Source: Thelocarpon superellum
Lineage: Eukaryota
NCBI GenBank assembly: GCA_026025795.1
Contig: JAPEUG010000119.1
Span: 1-41,692 of the forward strand
Direction of reading: 5' to 3'
DNA: 41,692 nt
Below the pieces are notes generated by a model. That model was not told the DNA's origin, ran no database searches, and saw only the letters and a program-made list of their open reading frames with translations. Shown one piece after another: positions 35,779-41,692 of the stretch (position 1 is its first letter; the number at the start of each line of letters is the position of its first letter). The position numbers and the translations under genes are program-made.

Positions 35779-36693
35779 ATGGTCACCTTTCCACTTGGCC
35801 GTCCGACACCAGATACAATGGGGGCGGTCCCGCCCGTCCTGCTTACCCCAATACATCATCTGCGCACCAGCGAAGATGTCATCATCCACTTCTGCACCGC
35901 CGCCGTAGCTGCCTTCAAGTCCTCGCCCCCATACCAACTGGCCACAGGTATTGGGGCGGTGCTGAGTGACCCCAAATATGATGGCAAGGTGGTGCGTACC
36001 TCCGCCCAAGCAGTGGTCAAGGTCAAGCGGTCTCTGTCCATAGATGAGGTTGCCAATCGGACCTATGCCCGTTGTCATGCCTCGGGCCCCCTCCGCGTGC
36101 CGCAGGTCTACCGCTACTTCGCGGATGACGCGGGGTTCCAGTACCTGGTCATGGAATACCTTCCTAGCCAGAGCTTAGCCGACTTGGACTGGTCGACGCT
36201 CGCGCTGAATAAGCAGCAGCGGCTCATCCGCCAGGTCACCGCCGCGCTGGCCCACCTCCGCACCATTCCGATGCCGGTATTGCCCCGGCCGCGGCCTGGC
36301 CCCGTCGGAGGCGGCAAAGCACGTGGCTATCTGTCTGACGACAAGGCCGTCAACGAACCTGTCACCGCACGCAGCCATCTGGAACGCTGGATCAATGTCC
36401 GCCTGGGCTATCGATCCATTTTCTTGCCGAAGAACCATTCCATCGGCGAGACCCGTCGGTCAGACTTCGGCAACGCGCCCCTCGTCCTGTGCCGTACGGA
36501 TCTCGCACGCCGAAACATTCTCGTCCAGCCCGACGGCCAGCTGTGCCTCCTGGGCTATCACCCGCCGGCCTTTGAGAGCTATACCTTGAACGAGCGCCGT
36601 GAACGTGGTCCTCAATACTTTGGTCGACTACTGGAGGAACTCAACCCCAGCACCAAGAAGCAGGAGCAACGGGAATGGCTATTATTGGCGTAG
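35779..36693 (+). pseudogene. APH/choline-kinase-like phosphotransferase with disabled motifs (pseudokinase or decaying gene)
   Basis: AVVKVK, LRVPQVYRYF, YLVMEYLP and PGPVGGG identify the family, but the catalytic loop reads LCRTDLARRNILV (His replaced) and the DW motif is missing (LCLL|GYHPPAFE). Confidence 0.7.
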
Positions 36694-37847
36694 TTTGTGA
36701 GCGCGCGCTTTTGCTTTCCTGGTCCAAGGTAGGCATACTCGAGCCATGTGGGATGCCGTTGCTGATCCTACCTAGCGCGCCTCCTCTGGACTGGACGTCT
36801 TTACGACAAGGTTGGAGAAGGCTACGTTCGGTGGGTGCGTGCTTATGAGGGGACAGACTCCAAGAGATGTCCGGTAACACCGACCTCAAATGTGTCTTCG
36901 CACAGCAGTTCCCAGAAATGATTCTCGCGGGTAGCAGCTTCTTCAACCTGCCTGGTGTGCCAACGAGCGATGGACTGGGAATATCTTCGATTATTTACGG
37001 TGCTTGCTGAGGTCGCGACAATGTCCGGCTGGTTCTGATCCATGGTTAAATTACTGACTGGTAACAGAGTCGGTGCGGAAGCCCACCTCTCGCTGCCCAC
37101 GAAGCCCCTCGCAACGTGAATCCTACCTGAATCCTACACCTGTGGGCTGAGTCATCACCTTACCGAGTAAATCCCGAGTAACGTCACCTCGTAATTACCG
37201 CTGTACGAAGATAGCAGTCCGACAGCGGGTCGGCTAGCTACTCCTCACCCACTTACGTGGTAAGCAAGCTTTGGAGGGCACATCCAACAGACGCCGCTGC
37301 CTACATCGATAAATCACTCACACTCTGTCTCTACCACCAAAACTCCGAATGGCCCCAGCACTCATCATGCGCAGGATTCTTGCAATATCCATGCTCGAGA
37401 GAGACACACCCTCTACTGTTGTACCCTTCCACTGCTCTCGCAGCCCGTAATCCATGCCCTAGGCTCGGGCAGGCACGTTGCATGCGCTTCGGCATTTCGG
37501 TGATCGTGGGCATAATGCTTGTCACGAAAGCTCTAAAGCGCATGTTCCCTCGCCATGGCCTAAATCTGCAGCACTGTGGTGCTCTGCAACTTCAACTTCC
37601 TGCAAGGCATGGGCTGCTTTTAGGGCGGATCCTGCGCGTTTTCGGCCGACTAGCAAAGGTCCCAGCGAATGCTCTGTTTCTTTGGCGCCCCTCGTGCTCC
37701 CTTCAACCCTGCCAGTGATAAGTGGGAAGGAAGGAATGGATTTCGTACTTATAGGAGCCCGTGGCAGCAAATCCGATCGGGTGGTAGTGATCCATTTCTG
37801 TCGGTCTCCCGGTCCTTGCTGTGGGCGTTAAGTCTACCTGAGGCAAG

Positions 37848-40731
37848 ATGAAGTTCCTCACCGCCCAATGGGGGATGTGCCTTGCCTGCTTAGGTCTCCT
37901 CGTCCACTTCACCATCGCCGATGTCACTCCCGTGGACGGCTTTGTGACCAACTCCTCGCTTACCAATTCATCCGTGGGCCAGCCACAGAGCGAAACAAGG
38001 GCCGTCTACTTGATCACTAACGTCTTACTGAACGGCGCTCAAATTCTTCCTCCCACGTACGAGAAGCTCCTTCCCGTCTATGGCGTGCTCCATTTCAATG
38101 CTACCAAGCACGATGGGCCCTTGGAGATCCAGCTCGTCAAAGAAAATGGCACCGAAGCCATTCGAGTGTCCGACTGGGGCCTTGGCAACGCAGACAAGCC
38201 CATGGCCGTCCCTCAAATCCAGCCCGAGTACCTTGTTGACTCGTTTGAGCTGTATGGGCAAACCAACCTAAGCAACAGCGACATCCTGAATGCCACGACG
38301 GGTACGGGGCTGGTTCACGACGTTTGGGCCCAACATCCCTCTTTGGCGCTCAAATCCTACAATGGTCTCGACTTTGCCCGCTCCTGCATCGATAAACTTG
38401 GCCTGGGCCTGGGACCCCCGGCCGGTGCACCATCGCTGACGCAGCTCCGACTCGCCGAGGCGAAGAAGTTCTGGCAAAATCTATGGGTACCAGAAAGAAA
38501 TGTCACCGATTATCCTATCTGGCTGGACGTGCTGAGTGGCTGGGGCCCCGAGACAAGCAAGTCACGGGCCGAGTTCCATTATCAATCTGATCTCGCTCCA
38601 TCCGCCAGCATGGTCCCCTTGCGCCCTGTTGCGCCAGCTCCTGACACCGGGCGCCCCTCCGATTCATCCGAGCTGGAGTTGTCGGAGCTCGCGGCGCCGG
38701 CGATGATGGAAACTTACCACGCCGACCAAAACTCCACCGAAACAGCCCCACAATTCTTTCGGCAGTACGAGTGGATTGTTTCCTCCCCGGTGAACCAGTC
38801 CCTTCAACGCAGAGACGATCCGTCCGCCGCCGAAGGCCCATCTGAGAAAGCTCAATATGGCTCAACACCGGATGACTATCACAAGAGCGGTAACGCGGTA
38901 AGACTTATCGACAGCAATGGACGACCGGGAAAATGGGTCCTCGTGACTACGAGATCAGACAGCGTCGTCACGGTATATAGGGGAATGTCCGTGACCAAAG
39001 GGGCCACACGTCTCTTTGCGGTCGCGTCTTTTGTCACCAGCATCGTCTTGGTCATCGACATGAATGTACCCCAAGCCAAAAGGACCGCGGAAGGTCAGAA
39101 GCTAGTTGACGCCGGGTCGGCCTTGGTTTTCCTCGGAATTGTCGTGGGCATCTTCTCAGGAGGGTTTGGTTTCCTGCTGGAAGCTGCTGGCGTGTCCATG
39201 GTCACCACAGGTTCTTTCGCCCCAAAGTTCAACATCCCCTCAGATGACAGCGATGACGGCAATACCGCCCCAGGCTGGAACAGTTATGGCCCTTCTGGAA
39301 CTTACCCGAACTACTTCAACGGCAATAGCAAGAGAAGTCTGTCTGGATCTGATCCAAAACTGCCGCGCCGGGACAACGTGTTGGAAATCCTCCGATGGTC
39401 GTTCTTTGGCGACAAGGACGTGACTGGGCAAGAGAACTTCCAGGCCAAGAACGAAACCGGTCTCTTCGTCATTGGACCCGCAATGATTTCGAGCATCCTC
39501 GGTCTTTCGGCCTTCGACGCGTTTGCCTTCTTGATTCACCACAACAAAGGATTCCCGATGACCATCGAGGACATGAGCAAAGCCTTCGTCGTCAAGAATA
39601 GTACCGGCGATGACGAGCACGCCGCGTCAATCACCTGTCCGCCGCCGCAATTCTATCACGGTCGATTTGATGGTGGGCCTCCGTCGTGCGCGAAAACGCA
39701 TTGCCGTACTGATGTTTCTTGCAGACGCACCACCATCGGCCAAGGACTTGGCGCAAGCAGCGTCGGGGCCATGTTCTCGGCCTACCTTTTCCATCAATCG
39801 AGCACTCATCACCATCCCCGTCATCAATCAGACCGCCGACCAGGTCCTTGGCCGGCTGATGCCCCAGGGCGACTGCGTGCTGGTGGGCGACGTGACCGTG
39901 GGCGACGCATATCCCGCGTACAATATGACGATCAAAGGGGCGCCGGTCGTGATCGCCTGTGGCATCGTCTCGGCCATCCTCAACAGCACGGCCGTGTCGT
40001 CGGCCGAGGCAAACGGCACAATGCCGACTGGCTCCATTTCCCTCGGCAATCAGAGCTCCGATGGATCTTCTGGCACCGCCTACATTGCACCGCCGCCACC
40101 GGCCCCGTTCCAGACCGATGTGCTGAACTCGACCAACGCCATATGCCTGGGTCCCGATGCGGAGCACCTAGTCTGTCTTCCCAACGGCACGTACACCCAG
40201 CAAAAGGGCAGCCTTGGGTTTCTGGACACGCAAAAAGTCACCACGCTACGCCTCTCGCCAGGGAGCTATGTGGCCATCGAAGAGAGCGTCACGCCATATG
40301 CACGCGCAGGTCAGCCCAGGGACCCACCGAACCTCCATGTTGTTACACGGTATACGACCAATCAGTCGGCCTCCGATCACAACTTCACCATCGACATGAA
40401 ACGCATGGCTTACTACGACCCCAATACCGTTGACTTCATCGTGCCCTCCGCCGACCCGGATGTCGTGTGTCTTTTCACCGACACCAAATATGCCGGCGAT
40501 GTGCAATGTTTTGGACCCGGCGGTGGCGACTTACCACCTGCGTTGCGTGGGAACGTCAAGTCGCTCATCTGCCATGGACAGGCGGCGGTGGAGCTCTTTG
40601 CGACCAACTATAGCAATGCCTTTGCGTACCAATTCGACACCTACGTTGACGACCTCACCAAGTTGCCGCAGAATTTCGCCAGCTTGCTGCATGCGATGTG
40701 GGTCCGGATTGAGCCGGGGCCCAGTGAGTAG
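37848..40731 (+). CDS. Secreted ~943-aa protein of unknown function; internal hydrophobic helices and possible C-terminal beta/gamma-crystallin-like domain
   Basis: Signal peptide MKFLTAQWGMCLACLGLLVHFTIA. A phase-1 intron 39673-39724 (GTGGGC…ACTGAT…TTGCAG) joins the 861-aa ORF to the 373-aa ORF. Many N-glycosylation sequons. Confidence 0.8.
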
Positions 40732-41299
40732 GCCTCGCAGCCACTCGCACATGCTCCGCAGCACGATCCATCGACCAAAATAGAGGAACCTGCCATTGAA
40801 TATCTTGTACCATAGCCGCGGTAGGAAGCAAAGACGGTCAATAGAAGAGCATAGACAGTGGTATGCACGAGGATAAGCTATCTTCCAAATCGGTGCTTGA
40901 GAGATATTTCGCAATAACAGCGCGTGCGTGGGGCCAAGCCAAAGCGGTGTCAACGGAGATTTGCTCGCATAGCTACGGCGAGAGGACCAAAGTGAGCACG
41001 AGTAGGTCTTCGGATAATCCGGTGCTCCAAGTGCAGAGGTAAGCGATTACCAGAATATGCCAGCCGTCGAGTGACGGCAGGCTCCCAGATGTAGGTACTT
41101 CACTTTATTATTCTCGGAACATGTTCCATTCCCCCAACATGTCCGGCTACCACTCTTGACCTCAGGCCGGTGCGAAGTGCATCTTGAAAAGGTCCGTTCA
41201 CAAAATGTGCCGCGCTGGCCTAGATAGAATCGTGTAATGGTCCAGGATACGATATGCACGAGCCTGTAGGACGAGCTCATCGACAAGCTACGAGCTACA

Positions 41300-41466
41300 A
41301 ACGACGAGCTACGAACGACGAGCTACGAACGACGAGCTACGAACGACGAGCTACGAACGACGAAGCCACCAACGACGAGCCACAAACGACGAGCCACAAA
41401 CGACGAGCCACAAACGACGAGCCACAAACGACGAGCCACAAACGACGAGCTACAAACGACGAGCTA
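41300..41466. repeat. Minisatellite, ~12 x 14 bp (AACGACGAGCYACR)
   Basis: 4 x AACGACGAGCTACG, one 15-bp variant, 5 x AACGACGAGCCACA, then 2 further units. Confidence 0.96.
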
Positions 41467-41565
41467 GGACCTACGAGCAATGAGCAACCTACTTACACAG
41501 ACAGGCAGACATGAAGAATCCCCGACGGCGACAAGCAATCTCCTTCTAGAATCCTCTCCGCAACG

Positions 41566-41692
41566 ATGGTCCGCGTCAAACACCGGTACCTGCTTGTGCA
41601 TATCCTGAACCCCACCACCACGGTCACCAGCTGGACTGCAACACCAGATGATGCTCCCACCTCCTCCACCAGCCGGACCCTTCCACCAACCG
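41566..41692 (+). CDS. POP5: 5' start of an RNase P/MRP Pop5-like protein (truncated by window edge)
   Basis: MVRVKHRYLLVHILNP matches the Pop5/Rpp14 N-terminal MVRxKxRYLL motif. Confidence 0.65.
   Translation, partial: MVRVKHRYLLVHILNPTTTVTSWTATPDDAPTSSTSRTLPPT

Noticed and set aside
36694..37847. Short ORFs or a possible transposon relic
   Set aside because: No transposase/RT motifs, terminal repeats or consistent reading frame recognised.
39725..40433. Arg/His-rich C-terminal third of the 861-aa ORF, or a frameshift
   Set aside because: Explained by the 52-nt intron 39673-39724, which switches to the 373-aa frame.
40740..41290. Less GC-rich stretch with minus-strand ORF fragments and a small hairpin near 41065-41080
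   Set aside because: No identifiable family, and a 6-bp stem is expected by chance.
41300..41466. CRISPR-like array
   Set aside because: Contiguous tandem units with no unique spacers; eukaryotic context and no cas genes. The same applies to 2708-2878.

Overview
A gene-dense, GC-rich eukaryotic window with short GT-AG introns and CTRAC-type branch points, typical of a filamentous ascomycete (Pezizomycotina). I spliced the exons by hand and recovered 17 protein-coding loci. In order: XAP5/FAM50 (3' part), a TTC1-like TPR protein, a ~1665-aa low-complexity protein of unknown function, FIP1, NUP49/NUP58, a TauD/JLP1-type dioxygenase, a probable Zip2/SHOC1-like meiotic protein, WRAP53/TCAB1-like WD40, HSP10, a PQ-loop transporter, TYW1, SAT4/HAL4 kinase, mitochondrial L11, SVF1, a divergent six-intron histone H4 variant, a degenerate APH-family kinase, and a ~943-aa secreted protein. 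The start of a POP5-like ORF lies at the right edge. There are four compact divergent gene pairs and several mini/microsatellites. I found no tRNA, rRNA, CRISPR array or recognisable transposon. The most interesting signals are the H4 variant, the toxin-like secreted protein (dibasic sites, Gly-rich hydrophobic hairpin, crystallin-like tail), a protein-neutral intron across the FIP1 stop codon, frequent AAG splice acceptors, and a large TF-like orphan with 5'-UTR introns and an in-frame acidic tail beyond its stop. All family calls come from recognised motifs; no database search was run.
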